Under the pieces are notes generated by a model. The model was not told the origin of the DNA, made no database searches, and was given only the letters and a program-made list of their open reading frames with translations. Shown here piece after piece: positions 53,427-61,951 of a stretch of 64,000 nt of DNA. Where the stretch lies: assembly GCA_041687825.1 (NCBI GenBank), contig JBDNJI010000028.1:8707-72706 (forward strand). The letters are read 5' to 3'. Made by a program: the position numbers and the translations under genes. Source of the stretch: Candidatus Planktophila sp. (GTDB lineage Bacteria > Actinomycetota > Actinomycetes > Nanopelagicales > Nanopelagicaceae). Numbering within the stretch: position 1 is the first letter of the stretch; each line of letters starts with the position of its first letter.

Positions 53427-54575
53427 ATGTCATCTAAGAGCCTGACCAACCTGCTATTGCTGGGATCTGGGGCCGACCCGCTCTCAGAACGTGGCGTCAC
53501 GTGTGCAGGTGAGATTCCGGCAGCGAGTGACCCAGAGCTTCGCGAGCGAGCACGCAATGCACGGGCAAGTCTTGGTAGTCGGGCAATAATTCTCGGTCAT
53601 CACTATCAGCGTGATGAGGTAATCGAGTTTGCAGATATCACGGGCGATTCTTTTAAATTGGCACAAGCCGCCCAAGCCGAAAGTAGCGCGGAGTTCGTAA
53701 TCTTCTGTGGCGTTCACTTTATGGCAGAGAGTGCTGACATTCTTACCAGTGATTTTCAAAAAGTAATTCTGCCTGATCTTGCCGCTGGGTGTTCGATGGC
53801 TGATATGGCTACTGCCTCGCAGGTTGCTAATTGTTGGAATGATTTGAAATCACTGGGAATCACCGAGGCAACTATCCCAGTCACATATATGAATTCTTCG
53901 GCCGCAATTAAATCTTTTACCGGTGAAAATGGCGGAACCATCTGTACTTCTTCCAATGCGAAGGCAGCGATGGAGTGGGCCTTTACGCAAGGCGAGAAAA
54001 TTCTTTTTCTTCCTGATCAACACCTCGGGCGAAATACTGCAGTCACCCAACTCGGACTTTCACTTAGTGATTGCGTTTTATGGAATCCGTGGAAGCCGAT
54101 GGGCGGATTAACCGCCGCAGAAATTTTGGCAGCTAAGGTGATTTTGTGGCGGGGACATTGTTCGGTTCATGGTCGCTTCACGAAAGAGTCAATCGATGAA
54201 CTTCGTGAACGCGTCGAGGGCATACAAATTCTGGTTCACCCAGAATGCACCCATGAAGTCGCGACCAACGCTGACTTTGTCGGAAGTACTGAATTTATTA
54301 TCCAAACAATTGAGGCAGCCCCTGCTGGAAGTAAATGGGCGATCGGCACCGAATTTAATCTCGTCTCTCGACTTGCCAAGACTCACCCAGATAAAGAAAT
54401 CGTCTACCTAGATAAGACTCTTTGTTACTGCTCAACCATGAATCGGATTGATCTCCCCCACCTTGTCTGGGTGATGGAATCCCTCGTGGCCGGCCACGTT
54501 GTAAACCAAATTAAGGTAGCGCCAGCGATTTCTCATTACTCCCAACTGGCATTGCAGCGGATGCTAGATCTATAG
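53427..54575 (+). CDS. nadA: Quinolinate synthase
   Basis: LGHHYQ, GDS, FCGVHFMAE, AGCSMA, YMNS, CTSSN, HPEC, GSTE, CSTM. Start set at ATG 53427. Confidence 0.97.
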   Translation: MSSKSLTNLLLLGSGADPLSERGVTCAGEIPAASDPELRERARNARASLGSRAIILGHHYQRDEVIEFADITGDSFKLAQAAQAESSAEFVIFCGVHFMAESADILTSDFQKVILPDLAAGCSMADMATASQVANCWNDLKSLGITEATIPVTYMNSSAAIKSFTGENGGTICTSSNAKAAMEWAFTQGEKILFLPDQHLGRNTAVTQLGLSLSDCVLWNPWKPMGGLTAAEILAAKVILWRGHCSVHGRFTKESIDELRERVEGIQILVHPECTHEVATNADFVGSTEFIIQTIEAAPAGSKWAIGTEFNLVSRLAKTHPDKEIVYLDKTLCYCSTMNRIDLPHLVWVMESLVAGHVVNQIKVAPAISHYSQLALQRMLDL

Positions 54576-54582
54576 TTCGTCC

Positions 54583-55116
54583 ATGACTTCTGATTCATCG
54601 CCACAGAAAAAAGGCCGTCCAACCCCTAAACGTAAAGATGTAGAGAGCGCCCGCAAGGTTTCAGCGCTTGCGCCAGCGCATACCAAAGATGAAAAGAAGC
54701 GCCAGCGCGAAGCAACACGTGCCGCCAGAATTACCCAGCGTGCCGCCTATATGCGCGGAGATGAGAATGCGCTACCTGCACGTGATCGCGGGCCGCTAAA
54801 GAAATTTGTTCGCAACTATGTGGATTCAAGACGATCCATCGGTGAATACTTCTTACCCATTATTGGAGTGGTTCTGGTGGTGTCAATTGTTCCAGTTGCA
54901 GCTGCAGCAGTCGTCGGAGTTATCTTGATGTACACGGTGCTGCTTGCATCCGTTCTTGATGGAATTATTTTACGAAGAAAAATTAAGCGTGAAATTGAGA
55001 TTCGTTTTCCTGGCCAATCACCAAAGGGTCTTGGAATGTACGGATGGTTACGCTCAACTCAGATGCGACGCATGCGTGCGCCTAAACCTCGCGTGGCCTT
55101 TGGTGAGAAGTTCTAA
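54583..55116 (+). CDS. DUF3043 membrane protein
   Basis: KGRPTPKR, LPARDRGP, YVDSRR, RRMRAPKP. Confidence 0.88.
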   Translation: MTSDSSPQKKGRPTPKRKDVESARKVSALAPAHTKDEKKRQREATRAARITQRAAYMRGDENALPARDRGPLKKFVRNYVDSRRSIGEYFLPIIGVVLVVSIVPVAAAAVVGVILMYTVLLASVLDGIILRRKIKREIEIRFPGQSPKGLGMYGWLRSTQMRRMRAPKPRVAFGEKF

Positions 55117-55146
55117 ATCAGGTCTATTGTTCAAACACAACTAAAT

Positions 55147-55290
55147 AAAACGCTCCTTTACAGGGGAAGTTCGGTGAAACTCCGACGCTGACCCGCAACC
55201 GTAATGGTTAACTCATATTTTATGGGTTCTCCTCAGTCGGATTACCTGTCTAGGAGTTTTGACCAACACCCGCCGAGGTTTGCGGGGTGT
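55147..55290 (+). ncRNA. Cobalamin riboswitch
   Basis: GGGAAG-TTCGG-TGAAACT-CCGA-CGCTGACCCGCAACCGTAA core, B12-box-like AGTCGGATTACCTG, enclosing CTCCT/AGGAG stem, downstream hairpin ACACCCGC-CGAGGTTT-GCGGGGTGT; upstream of an ECF transporter. Confidence 0.9.
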
Positions 55291-55363
55291 AGTCCAAAGT
55301 GAAGCGTTAATTCGCATTTCGATGAGCTACCCCTGTGTGACCCTTTTCTGAAGGAGCTCCACA

Positions 55364-55942
55364 ATGTTTCATAACAAGTTAAATAGCAAGTTTCAAATCA
55401 ATCGTAAAATCACAAAACAACTTCTGGCAGCTTCTTTGCTAGTGGTACTCGTCTCGCCTTTCGTAGCCACTCCAGCGCCGGCTGCTGAAAAGGGTTACCG
55501 CTACTGGGGTTATTTTCAAGCAGCTCCAAAAGCTACAACTTGGACAACAGCAATGACCAGCGCCGCCGTGAACGTCAAAGATGGAGCGGTAGAAGGATGG
55601 GCATTTACTTTTTCTAGCGAAGCAATCCCTGATGCTTCCACTCCAAGTGTGTTGCCAGATTTCGAATCCCTCTGCGCGAAAACACCTGCAGTAAAAGGAA
55701 AAAAGCGCATCGGAGTGGTTATTGATTTCGGCCCAAGTTACTTAGTTCCATCGGGTGAACGCCGTCTCAAGACGGTGAAAAGATGTGTAATTATTTCACC
55801 TAAAGCGCAGGGAATAGATGTCCTTGGAAAAGTCGCTCGAGTGCGCGCAGATAAATCGGGCCTCATCTGCGGACTTGCCGGCTATCCACGTCAGGAGTGT
55901 GGCGTTGAAATCACAACTCCAACCGAACTGCTCACCAAGTAA
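55364..55942 (+). CDS. SCO2322-family secreted protein (putative cobalamin-capture accessory)
   Basis: Signal peptide, GYRYWGYFQ, DGAVEGW, KRIGVVIDFG, GLICGLAGYP-x2-EC; GAAGGAG SD. Confidence 0.75.
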   Translation: MFHNKLNSKFQINRKITKQLLAASLLVVLVSPFVATPAPAAEKGYRYWGYFQAAPKATTWTTAMTSAAVNVKDGAVEGWAFTFSSEAIPDASTPSVLPDFESLCAKTPAVKGKKRIGVVIDFGPSYLVPSGERRLKTVKRCVIISPKAQGIDVLGKVARVRADKSGLICGLAGYPRQECGVEITTPTELLTK

Positions 55943-55965
55943 ATTCCAGAGTACTTATTAGCGAA

Positions 55966-56721
55966 ATGAAATTCCATCCAATGACATGGTGGATTGCGGC
56001 ACTGATCGTTTCGGTGGCAGTTTCCATATCTAACAACTCGACCTTAAATCTCATTGTCTTGGGTGGAATTTCGCTGCTCGTCTATCTATACAATCACAAT
56101 GCATCTGAAAAAACCCCTTGGTCTGGTGGTCTCTGGTTCGCCCTCAAACTAAGCGCTTTTATCATCGTCATCAGAACTCTAATTGGGATTCTGATCGGTG
56201 TACCAGTTCCAGGAAATACACTTTTTGAAATCCCAATTCTTTACCTTCCGGAATGGATGGCTGGCATTCGCATCGGCGGTGCAATTACCCAAGAGCGACT
56301 CAGTTTTGCCATCGCTGAGGGTTTAAAAATTTCGACTCTTATCTGCCTCTTTGCTGCGGCCACCTCACTCACATCTCCGCACCGACTACTCCGTCAGGCA
56401 CCAATCTTTATCTACCAGTTCGGAATAGCACTTGTCATTGCCACATCTGTCTTTCCGCAACTGATTGCAAGTGCTACTCGCATAAAGAGTGCCCAACAAA
56501 TGCGTGGCTTAGAAAATAAAGGATGGGCGAGAGTTGTTCTTCCGTTGCTGGAGGAGTCGCTGGCTCGATCGCTCAATTTAGCCGCTGCTATGGATTCTCG
56601 CGGATATGGATTCAGTCGTACGCGTTCGCAGTACCGAAAGGATAGCTGGGCAAGTGCAGATTCATCAGTCCTGCTCAGCGCTCTTGTGCTGCTCGGCGCA
56701 TCATTGGTGGTTATTAAATGA
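55966..56721 (+). CDS. ECF transporter T component (CbiQ-like)
   Basis: HPMTWW start, multi-TM, QQMRG and AAAMDSRG coupling motifs. Confidence 0.88.
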   Translation: MKFHPMTWWIAALIVSVAVSISNNSTLNLIVLGGISLLVYLYNHNASEKTPWSGGLWFALKLSAFIIVIRTLIGILIGVPVPGNTLFEIPILYLPEWMAGIRIGGAITQERLSFAIAEGLKISTLICLFAAATSLTSPHRLLRQAPIFIYQFGIALVIATSVFPQLIASATRIKSAQQMRGLENKGWARVVLPLLEESLARSLNLAAAMDSRGYGFSRTRSQYRKDSWASADSSVLLSALVLLGASLVVIK

Positions 56722-58340
56722 TTTCTTTCACCAGCGTCTCACTTATTTACCCTCACTCAACTCAAACCGTCTTTGAAGATCTCACATTCACCATCGAAGA
56801 AGGCGAAATGGTCCTCGTCATGGGGCCGACCGGTGTTGGGAAATCATCGCTCTTACGTTTGATAAACGGTCTTGTGCCCCACCACACTGGCGGAATTCTC
56901 GCCGGTGATGTTTCAATCGATGGCCACTCAACATCGCTTGTAACGCCGGGTGGCTTGGCCCATCTGATCGGAATTGTTGGACAAAATCCTACCGACGGTT
57001 TTGTGACCGACACCGTCGAAGACGAATTAGTCTTTGGAATGGAAGCGTTAAATTTTGCACCAGATGTAATGCGAAAAAGGGTAGAAGAAGTTCTCGATTT
57101 ACTCTCACTTTCTCACCTGCGAACCCGATCAATTGCCACGCTTAGTGGTGGTGAGCAACAACGAGTAGCCATTGGCGCAGCTCTTGTAATGCATCCAAAA
57201 GTTCTAGTCTTAGATGAACCAACCTCAGCACTTGATCCGATCGCCGCCGAAGAAGTGCTCTCTATCTTGCACCGACTTGTCCACGACCTCGGACTCACGG
57301 TCGTAATTTCTGAGCATCGCTTAGAAAGAGTCATTGGTTTTGCAGATCGCATCATCTCCATCTCCGAAGATGGTCGCGCCGAAATTGATATCCCAGAGGA
57401 AATCCTTCGCACTTCTAAGATTGCGCCCCCGATAGTTCACCTAGCCCGAGCGCTCAACTTAGATTCTGTTGGCACCAGTGTCAGAGAAGTACGCCGAATG
57501 ACTGCGCATCTTCGCGATTTTACTCCGCTTGAAAGAACCCCTTCACATCGCTCTTCACAATCTGTCATTGATGTAGCCGGTCTTTCCCTCTCCTATGGAA
57601 AGAAGGAAGCGCTCCGAAATATCTCGCTCACATTCCAGGCAGGTGAAATTGTTGCGCTTATGGGACGAAATGGAGCTGGCAAGAGTTCGCTCTTCAAGGC
57701 AATTGTGGGGCTGTTGCCACCTCATGCTGGGGTTGTTCGTGTGCTCGAAAAAGATCCAATGAAATTGAAGGGTTCAGATCGCAGAACAACGATTGGTTAC
57801 ATCCCACAAGAACCTAGTGATTTACTGATTCATTCAACAGTCGATCGTGAATGCCTCGAGTCCGATCTGCTCAACTCACTAGTTCAAGGATCTACGCTGG
57901 CATTCTTGCACCGCCTCATTCCTTCGATTAACCCCGCAATGCACCCGCGTGATCTCTCAGAAGGTCAGCGACTTTCGCTCGTACTTGCACTCGTCCTCTG
58001 CACTTCTCCACCAATCTTGGTGATGGATGAACCGACGCGTGGATTGGATTATCAAGCCAAAGCAATTTTGATTGACACTCTTGTCTCGTACTCTCGAAAT
58101 CTCGGAAAAAGTGTTCTGATCGCTACCCACGATGTTGAACTAGTCGCCGAGGTTGCTGATCGGGTGATCTTTCTCGCTGATGGAGATGTCGTTGCAGATG
58201 GCCCGACACTTGACGTTCTGCTCTCTTCACCAGCTTTCGCACCACAGGTCGCAAAGGTGATGTCACCGGCTCCGTGGCTCACCGTGAAAGATGCGCTAGG
58301 CGCAATTAATAAAGATCAATCTTCAGAAGAGCTCGGCTGA
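56718..58340 (+). CDS. ECF transporter ATPase with two fused ABC domains
   Basis: GPTGVGKS/LSGGEQQR/DEPT and GRNGAGKS/LSEGQR/DEPT. Confidence 0.93.
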   Translation: MISFTSVSLIYPHSTQTVFEDLTFTIEEGEMVLVMGPTGVGKSSLLRLINGLVPHHTGGILAGDVSIDGHSTSLVTPGGLAHLIGIVGQNPTDGFVTDTVEDELVFGMEALNFAPDVMRKRVEEVLDLLSLSHLRTRSIATLSGGEQQRVAIGAALVMHPKVLVLDEPTSALDPIAAEEVLSILHRLVHDLGLTVVISEHRLERVIGFADRIISISEDGRAEIDIPEEILRTSKIAPPIVHLARALNLDSVGTSVREVRRMTAHLRDFTPLERTPSHRSSQSVIDVAGLSLSYGKKEALRNISLTFQAGEIVALMGRNGAGKSSLFKAIVGLLPPHAGVVRVLEKDPMKLKGSDRRTTIGYIPQEPSDLLIHSTVDRECLESDLLNSLVQGSTLAFLHRLIPSINPAMHPRDLSEGQRLSLVLALVLCTSPPILVMDEPTRGLDYQAKAILIDTLVSYSRNLGKSVLIATHDVELVAEVADRVIFLADGDVVADGPTLDVLLSSPAFAPQVAKVMSPAPWLTVKDALGAINKDQSSEELG

Positions 58341-59146
58341 TGTCGTTGAAAAAAACTGCTGATATTTATCGCATGAGTGCGAAGTCAAAATTGACACTTG
58401 GCTTCACCTCTGCGGCTGCACTCATGGGATTTTTATGGCCGTTTTTTCTCACGGGGCAGTATCAATGGATTTTCTGGATCGCCATCGGTGCCAGCGTCTT
58501 CCTGCTTGTCTCTGAAATCGGCATTGGCGCAATTGATGCGAAATCGATCGCACTCCTCGGTGTGATGAGCGCTTTTATTACTCTCTTGCGACCGCTCGGT
58601 GCTGGTGCCGCTGGAATTGAACCAATCTGGTTTGCACTCATTGTTGCCGCTCGAGTTTTTGGTTCATCATGGGGTTTCTTGTTGGGCGTTACATCAATGA
58701 CAACATCTGCAATGCTTACAGGTGGGCTAGGGCCGTGGCTGCCCTATCAAATATTTGCAGCGGGTTGGATCGGGCTGCTTGCCGGCGCACTTCCACAAAA
58801 AATTGCTGGACGTAAAATTCGTGGGCTTTCCGAAAAAATACTCTTGATCTGTTTTGGAGTTGTCGCCGCTCTCACCTTCGGACTACTAATGGATCTTCAA
58901 TTTTGGCCATTTGTGCTTGGTACCGGAACGCAACTTTCTTACATTCCAGGCGGTGCAATCAGTGAAAATCTTCCGCGTTTTCTCACTTTCCACTTCGCAT
59001 CGGCGATGGCGTGGGATATCCCGCGCGCGATTCTTACCGCGATCTTGATTACCTTTACCGCAACACCATTCTTGCGGGCGCTACGAAGAACTCACTTCAA
59101 GGCAGCTTTTCTCACACCCATCGAATTTAAAGCGCTGCAAAAATAG
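58340..59146 (+). CDS. ECF transporter S component (CbrT-like, probably cobalamin)
   Basis: LRPLGAG-x2-GIEP, GGLGPWLPYQ, WDIPRA; under a B12 riboswitch. Confidence 0.82.
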   Translation: MSLKKTADIYRMSAKSKLTLGFTSAAALMGFLWPFFLTGQYQWIFWIAIGASVFLLVSEIGIGAIDAKSIALLGVMSAFITLLRPLGAGAAGIEPIWFALIVAARVFGSSWGFLLGVTSMTTSAMLTGGLGPWLPYQIFAAGWIGLLAGALPQKIAGRKIRGLSEKILLICFGVVAALTFGLLMDLQFWPFVLGTGTQLSYIPGGAISENLPRFLTFHFASAMAWDIPRAILTAILITFTATPFLRALRRTHFKAAFLTPIEFKALQK

Positions 59147-59148
59147 CC

Positions 59149-60237
59149 TTACCTAACGTGAGAATCTACAAACGGCAACGAGACAATCGTGGCGCTGCTC
59201 TCTCGGCCGCGAATATCGATGGTGATTTGCGATCCGACTTCTAGCCAAGCATCAACTAGCGCTAATCCAATTCCTACTCGAAGGCTCGGTGAGAAGGTCC
59301 CACTCGTTGTCACTCCGACAATGTCACCTTGTGCATTCTTTAAATCCATTCCAGCTCGTGGAATCCCTCGGTCATTCGATCGAATCCCACGCATGCGACG
59401 AAGCGCACCAGCACTTTTCTCTTTCCGTAAAACATCGCTGCCTTGAAAACTTTCCTTACTCCAGCCAATAGCCCACGAAGCACTTGCTTGAACGGGCGAG
59501 ATTTCCAGCGAAAGTTCATGTCCGTGAAGTGGGTATCCCATCTCTGTTCGTAGCGTATCCCGCGCACCCAGACCACAGATCAATCCATTGCGCTGGGTAA
59601 CCTGAGCAGCAAGTGCATCCCAGACAGCGCCGACATCATTGCGCTTCGGTACTAATTCAAACCCATGTTCTCCGGTGTAACCAGTTCGACAGATAATTAC
59701 ATCTGCTCCCCCGATGACAACATGTGCAAAGGCCATGTACTCCATTGTTGCCTCAACGCCAAGGTCAGTAAGTACATCTTTAGCGCTAGGGCCTTGCAGC
59801 GCAATGACTCCATAATCTTCATGTAAATTTTTCACCACAATCCCAGCGGGAGCAAGTGAGAGAAGAACCGCGACTACATCCGATGTGTTCGAAGCGTTCG
59901 GAATTAAAAAAAAGTCATCCGCTCTATTGCGATAAACAATCAGGTCATCAACGACTCCACCCGTCTGGGTGCAGAGCAAGGTGTATTGGGCTTGTCCATC
60001 TGTAATGCGGTTCAGATCATTTGTAAAAACTGAGTTGAGAAACTCATTAGCGCCAATGCCTATGACGCTCGCTTTCCCAAGGTGGGAAACATCAAAGAGA
60101 CCCACTGCCTGCCGCACGGCAGTGTGCTCGGCTATGACTCCTCCACCTGGATATTCGATCGGCATCAACCAGCCACCAAAATCGGCCATCTTCGCCTCAA
60201 GTGCGAGATGGCGACTATGCAAAGGTGAATTTTTCAT
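59149..60237 (-). CDS. gcvT: Glycine cleavage system aminomethyltransferase
   Basis: FGGWLMPIEY, FDVSHLG, RTGYTGEHGFE, GLGARDTLRTEMGYPLHG, TSGTFSP. Confidence 0.97.
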   Translation of the reverse strand: MKNSPLHSRHLALEAKMADFGGWLMPIEYPGGGVIAEHTAVRQAVGLFDVSHLGKASVIGIGANEFLNSVFTNDLNRITDGQAQYTLLCTQTGGVVDDLIVYRNRADDFFLIPNASNTSDVVAVLLSLAPAGIVVKNLHEDYGVIALQGPSAKDVLTDLGVEATMEYMAFAHVVIGGADVIICRTGYTGEHGFELVPKRNDVGAVWDALAAQVTQRNGLICGLGARDTLRTEMGYPLHGHELSLEISPVQASASWAIGWSKESFQGSDVLRKEKSAGALRRMRGIRSNDRGIPRAGMDLKNAQGDIVGVTTSGTFSPSLRVGIGLALVDAWLEVGSQITIDIRGRESSATIVSLPFVDSHVR

Positions 60238-60303
60238 GCCACCAACCTACACTTACGGCGTGCATAAAAGGCAGAAGCACTCTCATAGATTCGAAAGGCA
60301 GAT

Positions 60304-61827
60304 GTGGCATCTCTCATGACATCAATCTCACTGACACCAACACTCAAGGATGAGATCCTCGTTGTTGGCTTGGCTCAAGGTTCCACCTCTGGCAAAAAAG
60401 GTGCTAAGTCATCGCTCGTTATTGAATCTGGCGATTTAGTACTCGATGTTGCGGGCCTCGAAGAGATTCTCACCGATCTTGGTGCCACTGGAAAAATTGA
60501 TGAAGTAATCAAAGTGCCTGGGTCATCTCTTCGGCTACTAGTTTTTACTGGCTTAGGTAAAGCCGCTCCGCGATATTCGCATGAGGGTCTCCGACGTGCT
60601 GCTGGCGCGGCCGCCCGATCACTTGCTGGACACAAGAGCGCAACATTTTCACTGCCTACTCATGATGTTGCGACAGTGAGCGCTGTCGCAGAAGGTGGCG
60701 CACTTGGTGCATATCTCTTTAACGAATTTCGAAGCGAAGCCGAAGTTCATGGAGCAAAACCACTTGCTGCAATTAAAGTACATACTCCGCATGCAACAAA
60801 AGATGCTTACTCAACAATTGCCTCCGATGCCGAGATCATTTCCCAATATACATTCCTCACTCGCGACTTGATTAATACACCTCCAAGTCATCTCACTCCA
60901 GCAACCTTTGCCGAAAAAATGGCTGCCGAGGTAAAGGCCGCAGGCGGTGCACGTGCTGGACTCACTCTCACGGTAATGACTGAAGATGTGCTTAAGCGAA
61001 AAGGTTTCGGTGGAATTACTGCCGTTGGTCAAGGATCAGCCAATCCACCACGTCTCGTACGGATCTCATACAAACCGACGGGCAAAGTTAAAGCCAAGAA
61101 ACATTATGCATTTGTAGGCAAGGGAATCACATTTGATAGTGGTGGTCTCGCCTTAAAGCCAGCACTTGGAATGGAGGCGATGAAATCTGATATGAGCGGA
61201 GCAGCTGCAGTCTGTAGCGCAGTCTTAGCTATCGCCGCTTTGAAATTACCAGTCGCTATCGATGCCTGGGCTCCATTAGCTGAAAATATGGTGAGTGATA
61301 CTGCGACTCGACCAAGTGACATCATCACGATCTACGGTGGTAAGACTGTTGAAGTTCTCAACCCTGATGCAGAAGGTCGCTTAGTTTTAGCTGATGCGCT
61401 GCAACGTGCGCAAGAAGAGAACGGGCTTGACTTAATCATTGATGTTGCAACTCTTACCGGCGCCCAAGTTGTTGCACTCGGTACTCGCACAAGTGCGGTC
61501 ATGACAAATAACGAAGCGACATCGGCGGCATTCCTTGAAGTAACTGATAAAACTGGAGAACAGTTCTGGCCAATGCCACTTCCGACAGAGTTGCGCGCTT
61601 CGCTTGACTCTCCCGTCGCTGATCTTGCAAACATTGGTGACCGAATGGGCGGCATGCTTGTTGCTGGAATTTTCCTCAAGGAATTTGTCTCCGATGATCT
61701 TCCTTGGCTTCATTTGGATATCGCAGGTCCGGCCTACAACGATCGCTCTCCCCATGGATACACACCAGTCGGTGGTACCGGAATAGCGGTCCGATCGCTG
61801 ATCGCTGCGGCTAAAGCGCAGATCTAG
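60304..61827 (+). CDS. pepA: M17 leucyl aminopeptidase
   Basis: VGKGITFDSGG, MKSDMSG, N-x-DAEGRL, ATLTGA, HLDIAG. Confidence 0.96.
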   Translation: MASLMTSISLTPTLKDEILVVGLAQGSTSGKKGAKSSLVIESGDLVLDVAGLEEILTDLGATGKIDEVIKVPGSSLRLLVFTGLGKAAPRYSHEGLRRAAGAAARSLAGHKSATFSLPTHDVATVSAVAEGGALGAYLFNEFRSEAEVHGAKPLAAIKVHTPHATKDAYSTIASDAEIISQYTFLTRDLINTPPSHLTPATFAEKMAAEVKAAGGARAGLTLTVMTEDVLKRKGFGGITAVGQGSANPPRLVRISYKPTGKVKAKKHYAFVGKGITFDSGGLALKPALGMEAMKSDMSGAAAVCSAVLAIAALKLPVAIDAWAPLAENMVSDTATRPSDIITIYGGKTVEVLNPDAEGRLVLADALQRAQEENGLDLIIDVATLTGAQVVALGTRTSAVMTNNEATSAAFLEVTDKTGEQFWPMPLPTELRASLDSPVADLANIGDRMGGMLVAGIFLKEFVSDDLPWLHLDIAGPAYNDRSPHGYTPVGGTGIAVRSLIAAAKAQI

Positions 61828-61951
61828 TTCATCTGCTCTCATGATGAGATCAGACTGCGAGCGGGTTAGTCATCTTGCGAGCAGGCTGGCAAGATATGGG
61901 AGTAGGCCGATCGCTCAGATGTAAATCTGAGCACTGAAGGGATATCAATTA

